A DNA stretch of 64,000 nucleotides. Origin: a virus. The stretch is taken from the IMG/VR virus record IMGVR_UViG_3300008108_000118. One strand, given 5' to 3'. Of this stretch, positions 20,056 through 28,479 are shown one piece after another. The notes beneath the pieces are model-generated. The model was not told the DNA's origin. It saw only the letters and a program-made list of their open reading frames with translations, and ran no database searches. Within the stretch, counting starts at the first letter, position 1; every line of letters begins with the position of its first letter. Made by a program: the position numbers and the translations under genes.

Positions 20056-21159
20056 TTATTGATTTGATAGAGATAATTTTTTATCGATTATCTTACTTTT
20101 TAAATCTAATATTTTTTCTATATACCCATTTCTTCTAAGTAACTTGAATGTTAAGTTTTCATATGAGTACTCACCACCAGATTCTAAACCACTCTGTCTA
20201 AAGTTTTTTATCTTCTTATATAAGTCTTTAGTTTCTTTTGTTATATCATCACCACTTTCCATTTTAGATAATAAATCATCTATTTGCTTTCCATATTCTT
20301 CACCCTTTTGTAATATTTTTTTATCATCTATTTTTGGATTTGTCTTTTCAGGTGTGACAACCCATTTGTTATTTAATATAGAGTAAACACCAGATGATAC
20401 ATGTTCTTGATGAATATCTTGAACGTATATTTCAAGATCAAAACCTTTTATTTTAATGTCGTGTTTCGATTTCCAAACTTTTTCTTTTGAATCAAAAAAA
20501 TCTTGAACTATTTTATGTAAGATAGTGGAATCTTCTTTTTCTTTATTATCAAATTCATCCATGTCAACTAATATGTGTAAATCAACATCTGAAAATTCCG
20601 ACCAATTATAGTTTGCCAAAGATCCGGTAAGAACTATATCGTGAATAAAAAATTCAACATCAATAAAATCTAAATATTCATTGGTGATTTCCAATAGTTT
20701 TTTTCTAATGTCGTCTTTAATAACATATTCTTTCCCAACTCTACGAAATATGTTTGGACATAATGTATCTTTACTTCTAAAAGATTTAATTATCTTTTTA
20801 TCAACTTCCTTGTCTTCAATTAGTTCTTCAAATAAAGATTTTTTTGGTTTTTTATTTAAAATATAATTAATCAAGTTAATCATATTTTCAGATGTAAAGC
20901 CCTGAGTACCTATCGTACCATTTGGTCTTCTAAGTAATTCTATTGGAACCAATTTAAATTCACCATCAATAATTGATGGAATATTATCAACTTTTAAAAG
21001 ATTAAGTAAATTCGACCTGTGATTACCATCTGATATGATATATGTATCGTCTGGCATTTTTGATAAAGTAACAGGATCTGTTTTTACGTATTCGTAAATT
21101 TTTTCAATTTTATCGGGATCCTCTCTTAATTTAAAAATTAGTTCTTTAAATTCACTCAT
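20056..21159 (-). CDS. two-domain protein: N-terminal ParB/Srx-like (DGNHR motif) plus pol-beta-superfamily nucleotidyltransferase (GS-x9-SDVD)
   Basis: IISDGNHRSNLL resembles the ParB-like DGHHR/DGQQR box. LTGSLANYNWSEFSDVDLHILVD is a classic NTase hG[GS]...[DE]h[DE]h motif. Confidence 0.55.
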   Translation of the reverse strand: MSEFKELIFKLREDPDKIEKIYEYVKTDPVTLSKMPDDTYIISDGNHRSNLLNLLKVDNIPSIIDGEFKLVPIELLRRPNGTIGTQGFTSENMINLINYILNKKPKKSLFEELIEDKEVDKKIIKSFRSKDTLCPNIFRRVGKEYVIKDDIRKKLLEITNEYLDFIDVEFFIHDIVLTGSLANYNWSEFSDVDLHILVDMDEFDNKEKEDSTILHKIVQDFFDSKEKVWKSKHDIKIKGFDLEIYVQDIHQEHVSSGVYSILNNKWVVTPEKTNPKIDDKKILQKGEEYGKQIDDLLSKMESGDDITKETKDLYKKIKNFRQSGLESGGEYSYENLTFKLLRRNGYIEKILDLKSKIIDKKLSLSNQ

Positions 21160-21401
21160 TTTACCTTTTTGTACTTATAAGTTTTCGCAATATTTGCGTT
21201 AAAAAACTTCCCTTGAGATTCCGCTAATCTTAATTTAGCAAAAATATCCCACGGTACTTTATTATACTCATAAATACCACCATTATTGAAAGTAATCGTC
21301 AAATCTTGACTTTCAGTATCATACAATGCTGATTTTAGATTTGATGAATTGATTTCAACTGTAATAAGTTTTCCTTCGATTTTTTCTGAAATGATTCCCA
21401 T
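21156..21401 (-). CDS. KTSC-domain protein
   Basis: SSNLKSALYDTESQDLTITFNNGGIYEYNKVPWDIFAKLRLAESQGKFFNANI matches the KTSC domain consensus (SSNI..IGYD..S..L.V.F.NG.VY.Y..VP..VY..L..A.S.G.YFN..I). Confidence 0.65.
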   Translation of the reverse strand: MGIISEKIEGKLITVEINSSNLKSALYDTESQDLTITFNNGGIYEYNKVPWDIFAKLRLAESQGKFFNANIAKTYKYKKVK

Positions 21402-21441
21402 AATATAGTTTTTACTATAATATACGAAATATATGGGAAAT

Positions 21442-21470
21442 AAAAAACCCCGAAAATTTCGGGGTTTTAA
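21442..21470 (-). terminator. intrinsic terminator downstream of the sHSP gene
   Basis: AAAACCCCGAAA-ATTTCGGGGTTTT hairpin. Confidence 0.7.
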
Positions 21471-21471
21471 T

Positions 21472-21831
21472 TTAATTAAGAGAAATTAGTTTTTCCAAAG
21501 TTTTTTTCTTTGAAATTGGTAATGTTAATTCTAACACACCATTTTCGACCTTACCTTCAATTTGATTTTCATTTACCTCATCAGGTAAAGTGTAGGTTTT
21601 TGTGAAGTTTGGTACAAATGTCGAACCACCTTCTTTTTCAAAAGTGATTTTCAAAATACCATCTTTTGTGGTGATCTTGAGATCACTCTTGGTTAGTCCC
21701 GGTACAGGAATAGTTACAACATAACCTGTTTCATCTTTATTAACTTTGGTTTTCGGAACATTAAGTTCTCTTTCAAATTCAAACATTTTATCAAATGCCT
21801 GAAAAAATGGGTCTTTAAATAATGTAATCAT
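21472..21831 (-). CDS. small heat shock protein (Hsp20/alpha-crystallin family)
   Basis: 119 aa. C-terminal ENGVLELTLPISKK matches the sHSP G-V-L-T-h-T-h-P-K signature. Confidence 0.8.
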   Translation of the reverse strand: MITLFKDPFFQAFDKMFEFERELNVPKTKVNKDETGYVVTIPVPGLTKSDLKITTKDGILKITFEKEGGSTFVPNFTKTYTLPDEVNENQIEGKVENGVLELTLPISKKKTLEKLISLN

Positions 21832-21895
21832 AATTATTAATTTTAGTAACCCATTTTCAATTTTTATACCATAAAGATACTGATGACATTTTGTC

Positions 21896-22756
21896 TTATC
21901 TTTTTATTTTGATCGGACTATTTGTCATATCAGTATGGTCATTATTTCTAAATTTAATTCTCTTACGAACTGTAGATTGATGATTGACAGTAGTTTTTTT
22001 ATTTAATAATGAATTATTACTTATATTTTCTTTTAATGATTTCTGTAGAACATTTATAATATGGAATGGGAGATTCGTTTCAGATTGTTCTATTTTTTTA
22101 TCTAACTGACTCCAATATGTTACCGAGTTATTCCTTAATAATTTATGTACTGCGGTCTTTTTACCTGTTTTCATATTAATAATGTAAATCAACATACCAT
22201 TTCTACTGTAATCCTCAAAATATTGTGGAGCATCTTCCGATGCGGTACACCATTTTGTATTTGATCCATATTTTTTTGATGATTGATGTGTTAATGGTTT
22301 TAATATTAACCATTCTTCGTCTTTAAATAACACAACTATCTGACCCTCAAGTTCTTTTTCGTATTCTTTTATTTCTGCTAATGATATTGACGATTTAATC
22401 TGTGAAAAATTTTTATATGTACTTAAATCGTTTTTTGGTATTAGATTTTTTTCATTATATTCACAAAACCTTTGAAATGATTTTAAGTCATCGATACCAA
22501 TCATATTTTCCATAAACGTATGATAAAACAATAAGTGATCTTCTGGAATATTTTTTATATCCTCTTCCGATATATTCAATTCATCATTTAAAAATTTTTT
22601 TATTTCTTTTATATGTTGTTTATGTTTTTTTTCATTTTTAATGATCCTCATCAACGTCTCAACATATTTTGTTTTTTTAACACAAAGAATAGATAAAAGA
22701 TCAATAATATTTATAATATTTTTTTCATCATTTTTTAATTCTTTTATTCTTGACAT
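21896..22756 (-). CDS. paralog-family protein B (core KYGSNTKWCTA)
   Basis: LKPLTHQSSKKYGSNTKWCTASEDAPQYFEDYSRNGMLIYIIN aligns with the cores of the other three paralogs. Confidence 0.6.
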   Translation of the reverse strand: MSRIKELKNDEKNIINIIDLLSILCVKKTKYVETLMRIIKNEKKHKQHIKEIKKFLNDELNISEEDIKNIPEDHLLFYHTFMENMIGIDDLKSFQRFCEYNEKNLIPKNDLSTYKNFSQIKSSISLAEIKEYEKELEGQIVVLFKDEEWLILKPLTHQSSKKYGSNTKWCTASEDAPQYFEDYSRNGMLIYIINMKTGKKTAVHKLLRNNSVTYWSQLDKKIEQSETNLPFHIINVLQKSLKENISNNSLLNKKTTVNHQSTVRKRIKFRNNDHTDMTNSPIKIKR

Positions 22757-22820
22757 ACGTTGTTTACTATAATTATCAATTTTTGTTAATAATTGATTTT
22801 TTTTTTAATTTAAAATAACG

Positions 22821-22828
22821 TATGTTTG
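22821..22828 (+). promoter_or_regulatory. TAnnTTTG (-7 box, TATGTTTG) upstream of the ClpB-like gene
   Basis: Motif lies 18 nt before the ATG at 22847. Weak -33 element. Confidence 0.3.
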
Positions 22829-22846
22829 TAGTAAAATAATTAAAAT

Positions 22847-24862
22847 ATGTCAGTAGATTTCATTGATGATGGGCAACCAACAAACCAAAATAAGAAAGGT
22901 AAGAGAAATTCTAATACACCTATATTAGATAATTTCTCAAGAGATTTGATAAAATTAGCACAAGAAGGTAAAATAGACCCTATTGTTGGTAGAGATAAAG
23001 AAGTAAAAAGAATTGCACAAATTCTTTCAAGAAAGAAGAAAAATAATGTTGTTATTGTGGGTGATGCCGGTGTGGGTAAATCGGCATTGGTTGAAAAATT
23101 GGCGCTATTGATTAATAAAGGTAACTGTCCTTCAAATCTTTTAGATAAAAGAATAATGTCATTGGATTTGACATCTTTAGTTGCGGGTACCAAGTATAGG
23201 GGTCAATTTGAAGAAAGGATTAAAGCGATATTAAATGAATTACAAGAAGCACCGAATGTAATTGTTTTTATTGATGAATTACACACAATGGTCGGTGCAG
23301 GTAATGCCAGCGGATCAATGGATGCAGCCAACATATTAAAACCCGCACTTGCTCGTGGTGAAATTCAATGTATTGGTGCAACAACTTTTGATGAATACAA
23401 AAAGAACATCGAAAAAGATTCTGCGTTAGTTAGAAGATTCCAAAAAATAATCTTACCGGAACCAACAGAAAAAGAAACTGTTGAAATTTTGGAAAATCTT
23501 AAAACATCATATGAGAATTTTCATAAAGTAAAATATGAAGATGGTGTTATTGATACTATTGTTAAAGTATCAAAAAGATTTATGACTGACAGACAATTTC
23601 CTGATAAGGCAATTGATATTATGGATGAATTAGGTTCAGAAAAGAAAATATCTAATAAAATACCTGAAAGTGTTGAAAAATTAAAACAAGAAGTTGAGGA
23701 AATAAAACAAAAAAAATTAGATGTCGTTAAAACACAGAATTATGAATTGGCAGCTAAATTAAGAGATACAGAAAAAACTGTTCTATCAAAATTAGAACAA
23801 GAAAAAGAAAAATGGTTGATAAACCAACAAAATAATAAAACACCAATTAGTATTGAAGATGTTTACCAGATAATTTCAAATATTACTGGTGTACCAATTA
23901 CAAAATTGGATTCAAAAGAAACAGAAAAACTTTTGAATTTAGATAAAATTTTAACATCTAAGGTTATTGGACAGAATGAGGCGATATCAATCATATCTAA
24001 ATGTATCAGAAGAAATAGAGTTGGTATTAAAGATACAAATAAACCAATCGGATCATTTATATTCTTAGGATCAACTGGTGTCGGTAAAACATATCTTGCA
24101 AAATCATTGGCTGAAATATTATTTGGTGATCCCGAAAAAATGATTCGTGTGGATATGAGTGAATTTATGGAGAAACACAATGTATCTAAATTAATTGGTT
24201 CACCTCCCGGTTACGTTGGATATGATGAAGGTGGTCAATTAACAGAAAAGGTAAAAAACAATCCATTTTCAGTTATATTGTTTGATGAAATTGAAAAGGC
24301 ACATAAAGATGTTTTCAATTTGTTGTTACAAATTTTAGATGAAGGACACTTAACCGATTCTTTTGGTAGAAAAGTTAACTTCACCAATACTTTGATTATT
24401 ATGACATCAAATGTTGGGGCTAAAAAAGTTTCTGAATTTGGTGGGGGAGTTGGTTTTGAAACATCTTCAACAAATAAACAAAAAGAAGAAGTTAAAAAAA
24501 CAATGATACAAAAATCATTGAAACAACAATTCAATCCTGAATTTTTAAATAGAATTGATGATGTAATCCTTTTCAATTCTTTAGACGAAAATGCACTAAA
24601 ACAAATTATTGGTGTTGAATTAAATAAATTAAAAAATAGATTAACTGAAAAAGGATACAAAGTTAATTTTGACGAATCAGTATCACAAAAGATATATGAA
24701 TTAAATCAACAAGAAGAATATGGAGCGAGACCCATAAAAAGAATAATACAAAATCTTTGTGAGGATTTCTTAAGTGAAGAAATTCTAAAAGGTACTATAA
24801 AAGAAAATGTTTTAGCAAATTTGAAAATTAAAGACGGAGAATTGGTAATTAGAAAAAAATAA
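22847..24862 (+). CDS. ClpA/ClpB/ClpC-family AAA+ chaperone (Hsp100), two ATPase domains, no N-domain
   Basis: D1 Walker A GDAGVGKS and D2 Walker A GSTGVGKT, sensor/arginine-finger regions, and a coiled-coil middle segment. Typical Clp/Hsp100 architecture. Confidence 0.85.
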   Translation: MSVDFIDDGQPTNQNKKGKRNSNTPILDNFSRDLIKLAQEGKIDPIVGRDKEVKRIAQILSRKKKNNVVIVGDAGVGKSALVEKLALLINKGNCPSNLLDKRIMSLDLTSLVAGTKYRGQFEERIKAILNELQEAPNVIVFIDELHTMVGAGNASGSMDAANILKPALARGEIQCIGATTFDEYKKNIEKDSALVRRFQKIILPEPTEKETVEILENLKTSYENFHKVKYEDGVIDTIVKVSKRFMTDRQFPDKAIDIMDELGSEKKISNKIPESVEKLKQEVEEIKQKKLDVVKTQNYELAAKLRDTEKTVLSKLEQEKEKWLINQQNNKTPISIEDVYQIISNITGVPITKLDSKETEKLLNLDKILTSKVIGQNEAISIISKCIRRNRVGIKDTNKPIGSFIFLGSTGVGKTYLAKSLAEILFGDPEKMIRVDMSEFMEKHNVSKLIGSPPGYVGYDEGGQLTEKVKNNPFSVILFDEIEKAHKDVFNLLLQILDEGHLTDSFGRKVNFTNTLIIMTSNVGAKKVSEFGGGVGFETSSTNKQKEEVKKTMIQKSLKQQFNPEFLNRIDDVILFNSLDENALKQIIGVELNKLKNRLTEKGYKVNFDESVSQKIYELNQQEEYGARPIKRIIQNLCEDFLSEEILKGTIKENVLANLKIKDGELVIRKK

Positions 24863-24883
24863 TTTATAAATATCTTGACTTTT
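24862..24883. repeat. 22-bp repeat ATTTATAAATATCTTGACTTTT (second copy at 59929..59950)
   Basis: Exact 22-nt match between the two loci. Contains the TATTTATA/TATAAATA motif. Confidence 0.8.
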
Positions 24884-24983
24884 TGTAAAATTATATATAT
24901 TTATATTCTCGGAGGTTCTCTTTGTCGATTACCTTTTCGTTTTTTTTCATAAGTAAATGGGGTTGAACCCATTGAAAGACCTT

Positions 24984-25014
24984 AGTCCCGACATATCGTT
25001 GGGACTTTTTTTTA
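24984..25014 (+). terminator. intrinsic terminator-like hairpin plus T8 downstream of the ClpB-like gene
   Basis: AGTCCCGACATATCGTTGGGACT followed by TTTTTTTT. Confidence 0.55.
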
Positions 25015-25056
25015 TTATATTTTGTTATTAAATTTATTTTTCGTATATTTACAGGT

Positions 25057-25236
25057 ATGAAAAAATATATGTTTATTTTGATTGTTAGTGCGATTTTCGC
25101 GTTAACATCATGTGGATCTGAGTCAACCACAACAATCGAAACTACTGACTCTACAGAAGTTTCTGTTGATACTTTAGTACCAACAGGACAAGACACTACA
25201 GTAGAAGTAAAAACTGATAGTGCTGATGTAAAATAA
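25057..25236 (+). CDS. small predicted lipoprotein (59 aa; signal peptide plus lipobox LTSC)
   Basis: MKKYMFILIVSAIFALTSC followed by a Thr/Ser-rich tail. Flanked by two terminators. Below the track's 60-aa cutoff. Confidence 0.45.
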   Translation: MKKYMFILIVSAIFALTSCGSESTTTIETTDSTEVSVDTLVPTGQDTTVEVKTDSADVK

Positions 25237-25237
25237 A

Positions 25238-25270
25238 ATTTGGGGGGAATATAAATTCCCCCTAATTTTG
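25238..25270 (+). terminator. intrinsic terminator after the lipoprotein gene
   Basis: GGGGGAAT-ATA-AATTCCCCC hairpin followed by TAATTTT. Confidence 0.6.
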
Positions 25271-25291
25271 TTAAACTAAAATTCCCAATTT

Positions 25292-25717
25292 ATGGAAGAA
25301 AAAAAATATGTCGGAGATTTAATTCTTTTAAGAGGAGTACCAGGTAGTGGTAAATCTACATTAGGTAAAACAATTTTAAGATGTTTAGCTTCAGATGATC
25401 CTGACGTTATTTCTGCGGATGATTTTTTTCTTGACGAAAAGGGTAATTATATTTTTGATTCCACAAAATTAAAAGAGGCACATGCACAATCACAACAAAG
25501 ATGTGCAACAAAAATGAAAAATGAATTTTCAAGAATTGTTGTCGCGAATACCTTTACACAGAAATGGGAAATGGACGCATATTACGAAATGGCGGAAAGA
25601 TACAATTACAGGGTTTTTAGTGTGATTGTTGAAAATAGACACGGAAATTTAAATATTCACGATGTTCCCGAAGAAAAAGTTGAACAAATGAAAAATAGAT
25701 TTGATGTTTCTCTTTAA
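25292..25717 (+). CDS. P-loop polynucleotide kinase-like protein (kinase domain only)
   Basis: Walker A LLRGVPGSGKST and a downstream ISADDFF region. Lies directly upstream of, and overlapping, an RNA ligase gene. Confidence 0.55.
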   Translation: MEEKKYVGDLILLRGVPGSGKSTLGKTILRCLASDDPDVISADDFFLDEKGNYIFDSTKLKEAHAQSQQRCATKMKNEFSRIVVANTFTQKWEMDAYYEMAERYNYRVFSVIVENRHGNLNIHDVPEEKVEQMKNRFDVSL

Positions 25718-26787
25718 TGTTAGATATATTAGAAAAATATCACAATGATGGTCTGTTATTAAAACAGACACACCCAACATTACCTTTAACAATTTGGAAT
25801 TACTCACCAAAAGTTCAATATGATAACTTATGGGATGATGTTATTATTCAATGTAGAGGATTAGTTACCGATGTTGATGGTAATATTGTTGCTCGACCTT
25901 TTCCAAAATTTTTTAATTACGAAGAATTAAAACCCGAACAGATACCAAACGAACCATTTGATGTTTTTGAAAAATTAGATGGGTCTTTAGGTATATTATT
26001 TAATTATGAAGGTCAATGGGTATTTGCAACTCGTGGATCATTTACATCCGATCAAGCAAAAAGAGGATGGGAACTTCTTCAAAAATATGACTACCAAAGA
26101 TTAATTGAGGATAAAACATATCTATTTGAAATAATTTATAAAGAAAATCGTATTGTTGTTGATTATGATTATGAAGATCTAATAATGCTCGGTGTAATTG
26201 ACAATATCGATGGTTACGAATATAAAATATTTGACGAAAGAATCCATCTTGAAGGTGTTAGGTTCGTTAATATGTATAGAAATCTTGGATTTAAATTTGT
26301 TAAAAAATATGATGGTATAAAAGACTATTCAACCCTAAAAGAAATAATCAAAGATAATGAAGAGGGATTCGTTATTAGATTTCAAAATGGGTTTAGAATG
26401 AAAATAAAAGGTGTAGAATATTGTCGTCTCCATAAAATCCTAACAAACATCTCAAATAGAGATATTTGGGAATCTTTAAAAAATGGAGAATCATTAGATA
26501 AAATTATTGAAAAGGTACCCGATGAATTTTATAATTGGGTAAAAGAAACAAAAAATAAATTTGAGTCAGAATTTGATAAAATAAAAAAAGAATATGAATG
26601 GATATTCAAAGTTATTATGAGATCGGAAAATTCAAATGAAAGAAAAGTATTCGCACAATTTGCAATAAAATACAAATATTCTTCAATTCTATTTTCTATG
26701 TATGATAATAAACCATATAATCAAACAATATGGAAAATCCTATATCCTGAGTATTCGAAACCTTTTAAAAAAAATGATAATGAGTAA
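25717..26787 (+). CDS. RNA ligase (Rnl, nucleotidyltransferase superfamily)
   Basis: Motif I FEKLDGSLG (KxDG) and motif IV-like EGFVIRF are typical of T4 Rnl1/Rnl2-type ATP-dependent RNA ligases. Confidence 0.75.
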   Translation: MLDILEKYHNDGLLLKQTHPTLPLTIWNYSPKVQYDNLWDDVIIQCRGLVTDVDGNIVARPFPKFFNYEELKPEQIPNEPFDVFEKLDGSLGILFNYEGQWVFATRGSFTSDQAKRGWELLQKYDYQRLIEDKTYLFEIIYKENRIVVDYDYEDLIMLGVIDNIDGYEYKIFDERIHLEGVRFVNMYRNLGFKFVKKYDGIKDYSTLKEIIKDNEEGFVIRFQNGFRMKIKGVEYCRLHKILTNISNRDIWESLKNGESLDKIIEKVPDEFYNWVKETKNKFESEFDKIKKEYEWIFKVIMRSENSNERKVFAQFAIKYKYSSILFSMYDNKPYNQTIWKILYPEYSKPFKKNDNE

Positions 26788-27208
26788 ATTAAAATTGTAT
26801 TTAGACGATGTTCGTGTTCCAAAAGACAATAGTTGGATTCTTGTAAAAGACTATGGTGAATTTGTAAGTACCATATTAAAACATGGTTTAGAAAGTTTTG
26901 ATACCATTTCTTTGGATCACGATTTGGGTGAGACTGCAATGGCTGAATATTTTAACAATGTTTACCCAAACTATGAACTGAACTACGATAACATAAAAGA
27001 AAAAACTGGATTGGATTGTGCGAAATGGTTGGTGAATCATTATTTGGAAAAACCAAAAGAAAATTTTACCTTTCCACTTGTTTATACTCATTCCGCAAAC
27101 CCGATAGGTTCCGCAAATATTATGGGTTATATAAACAATTTTTTAAAAAACATGAGACAACCCCAAACATGTATTAGGGTACGTATTGATCACACAATAA
27201 ACGAATAA
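26774..27208 (+). CDS. hypothetical protein with receiver-like N-terminus (KLKLYLDDVRVP ... ISLDHDLGE)
   Basis: Track ORF 26702..27208 overlaps the ligase gene, so the start was moved to the in-frame ATG at 26774. Possibly a CPR-type (cyclic-phosphate processing receiver-like) domain by context. Weak. Confidence 0.45.
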   Translation: MIMSKLKLYLDDVRVPKDNSWILVKDYGEFVSTILKHGLESFDTISLDHDLGETAMAEYFNNVYPNYELNYDNIKEKTGLDCAKWLVNHYLEKPKENFTFPLVYTHSANPIGSANIMGYINNFLKNMRQPQTCIRVRIDHTINE

Positions 27209-27672
27209 TGAATATATTTTTTTTAGATAAAGATCCAAAAAAATGTGCAGAATACCATTGTGATAAACATGTTGTTAAAATGATATTGGAAACCGCACAA
27301 TTATTATGTTCCGCACATTGGGTAACAGGTTCACAAGCACAATACAAATTATCTCACAAAAATCACCCATGTTCAATATGGGTCAGGGAATCACTATCAA
27401 ACTATTTGTACCTTTGCGAAATTGGATTGGAATTATGTTACGAATACACATATCGTTATGGTAAAAAACATAAATCACAAGAAGTAATTGAATGGTGTGT
27501 AATAAATAAAGTAAAAATTTCTGACAAAGGTATTACAGAATTACCTAAAGCAATGCCAGATAAATACAAAGTTAGTTGTCCAATACAATCATATAGAAAT
27601 TATTATATTGGTGACAAAATAAATTTTGCATCTTGGAAAAATAGAGAGACACCTTTTTGGTTTTCCAATTAA
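27208..27672 (+). CDS. hypothetical Cys/His-rich protein, 154 aa
   Basis: ATGA overlap with the upstream gene. Several conserved-looking Cys/His residues (CDKH, CSAH, HPCSIW, CYEY). No family recognised. Confidence 0.5.
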   Translation: MNIFFLDKDPKKCAEYHCDKHVVKMILETAQLLCSAHWVTGSQAQYKLSHKNHPCSIWVRESLSNYLYLCEIGLELCYEYTYRYGKKHKSQEVIEWCVINKVKISDKGITELPKAMPDKYKVSCPIQSYRNYYIGDKINFASWKNRETPFWFSN

Positions 27673-27687
27673 TTTTAAATATCTTTG
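27656..27687 (+). promoter_or_regulatory. putative sigmaA promoter TTTG-N20-TATCTTTG for gene 27700..28020
   Basis: -33 TTTG at 27656-59. -7 TATCTTTG at 27680-87. ATG 12 nt downstream. Confidence 0.45.
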
Positions 27688-27699
27688 AAAAAAAATTTA

Positions 27700-28020
27700 A
27701 TGAAAACATACAGCAATGACATCGTGGTTGATTTGACTAAAAATTATCAAGATTTTCGCCATTTCTATGATGAAAATAAAAGTATAATTTATAAATCAAT
27801 TATTGAGATTTTCGAAAAATTTAAAACAACCAAGAAAAAAAATCTAAAACTTCTTGTTAAAGCAACAATCATGGATTTGGAATTTGAAACCGAATTCTGT
27901 TATCGTAAAAATGAGAATTTTGTATTAATGAGGGATCTAATGCCGTATTTTGAACAAATAGAAGATTTCGAGACTTGCACGAGAATAAGAGATTTAAGTA
28001 AAGAATTAAACACCATATAA
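27700..28020 (+). CDS. hypothetical protein, 106 aa
   Basis: Track ORF starts at TTG 27685. The ATG at 27700 behind the promoter is preferred. Confidence 0.5.
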   Translation: MKTYSNDIVVDLTKNYQDFRHFYDENKSIIYKSIIEIFEKFKTTKKKNLKLLVKATIMDLEFETEFCYRKNENFVLMRDLMPYFEQIEDFETCTRIRDLSKELNTI

Positions 28021-28370
28021 TGAAAATAATCGTTGCGGGTGGTCGTGATTTTAGTGATTACGAACTACTAAAAGAAAAATTAGACGAATTGATTGGTGAA
28101 AATAAAGAGGATCTCGAAATAGTTTCAGGAATGGCTAGAGGGGCTGATACTTTAGGGGTACAATACGCGAATGAGAGAGGTTACAAAATTAAGAAGTTTC
28201 CAGCACAATGGGATAAGTACGGAAAGAGTGCGGGTTATAAAAGAAATGAAGAAATGGCGAATTATGGTAATACTTGTATTTGTTTTTGGGATGGTAATAG
28301 TAAGGGCACGAAACATATGATCGATCTATCAAATAAATATAAATTAAACACTATTGTTATTAGATATTGA
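28020..28370 (+). CDS. SLOG/DUF2493-like Rossmann-fold protein (GGRDF ... SGMARGAD)
   Basis: 116 aa. Motif pattern resembles LOG/DprA-like SLOG families. ATAATG overlap with the upstream gene. Confidence 0.45.
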   Translation: MKIIVAGGRDFSDYELLKEKLDELIGENKEDLEIVSGMARGADTLGVQYANERGYKIKKFPAQWDKYGKSAGYKRNEEMANYGNTCICFWDGNSKGTKHMIDLSNKYKLNTIVIRY

Positions 28371-28399
28371 TCTATATTTAACAAAAAAATATTACATAA

Positions 28400-28433
28400 A
28401 TGTCAACTAAAAAAAAGTTGACATTTTTTTTTT
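28400..28433 (+). terminator. intrinsic terminator (ATGTCAACT-A8-AGTTGACAT plus T9)
   Basis: Perfect 9-bp stem followed by a T-run, 30 nt after the stop of gene 28020..28370. Confidence 0.65.
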
Positions 28434-28479
28434 AATTATAAAACTTTTCAAGTATTTATTGTTGATTCCATTTTAATAT

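Noticed and set aside
8958-24660. Antisense or overlapping ORFs inside large genes (8958..9242+, 9511..10217+, 12659..13199+, 15207..15786, 19065..19749, 23863..24660-, 7320..7784)
   Set aside because: They are embedded opposite well-supported long genes (scaffold, portal, terminase, ClpB, MCP) and are low-complexity frames generated by repeats or AT-rich codons.
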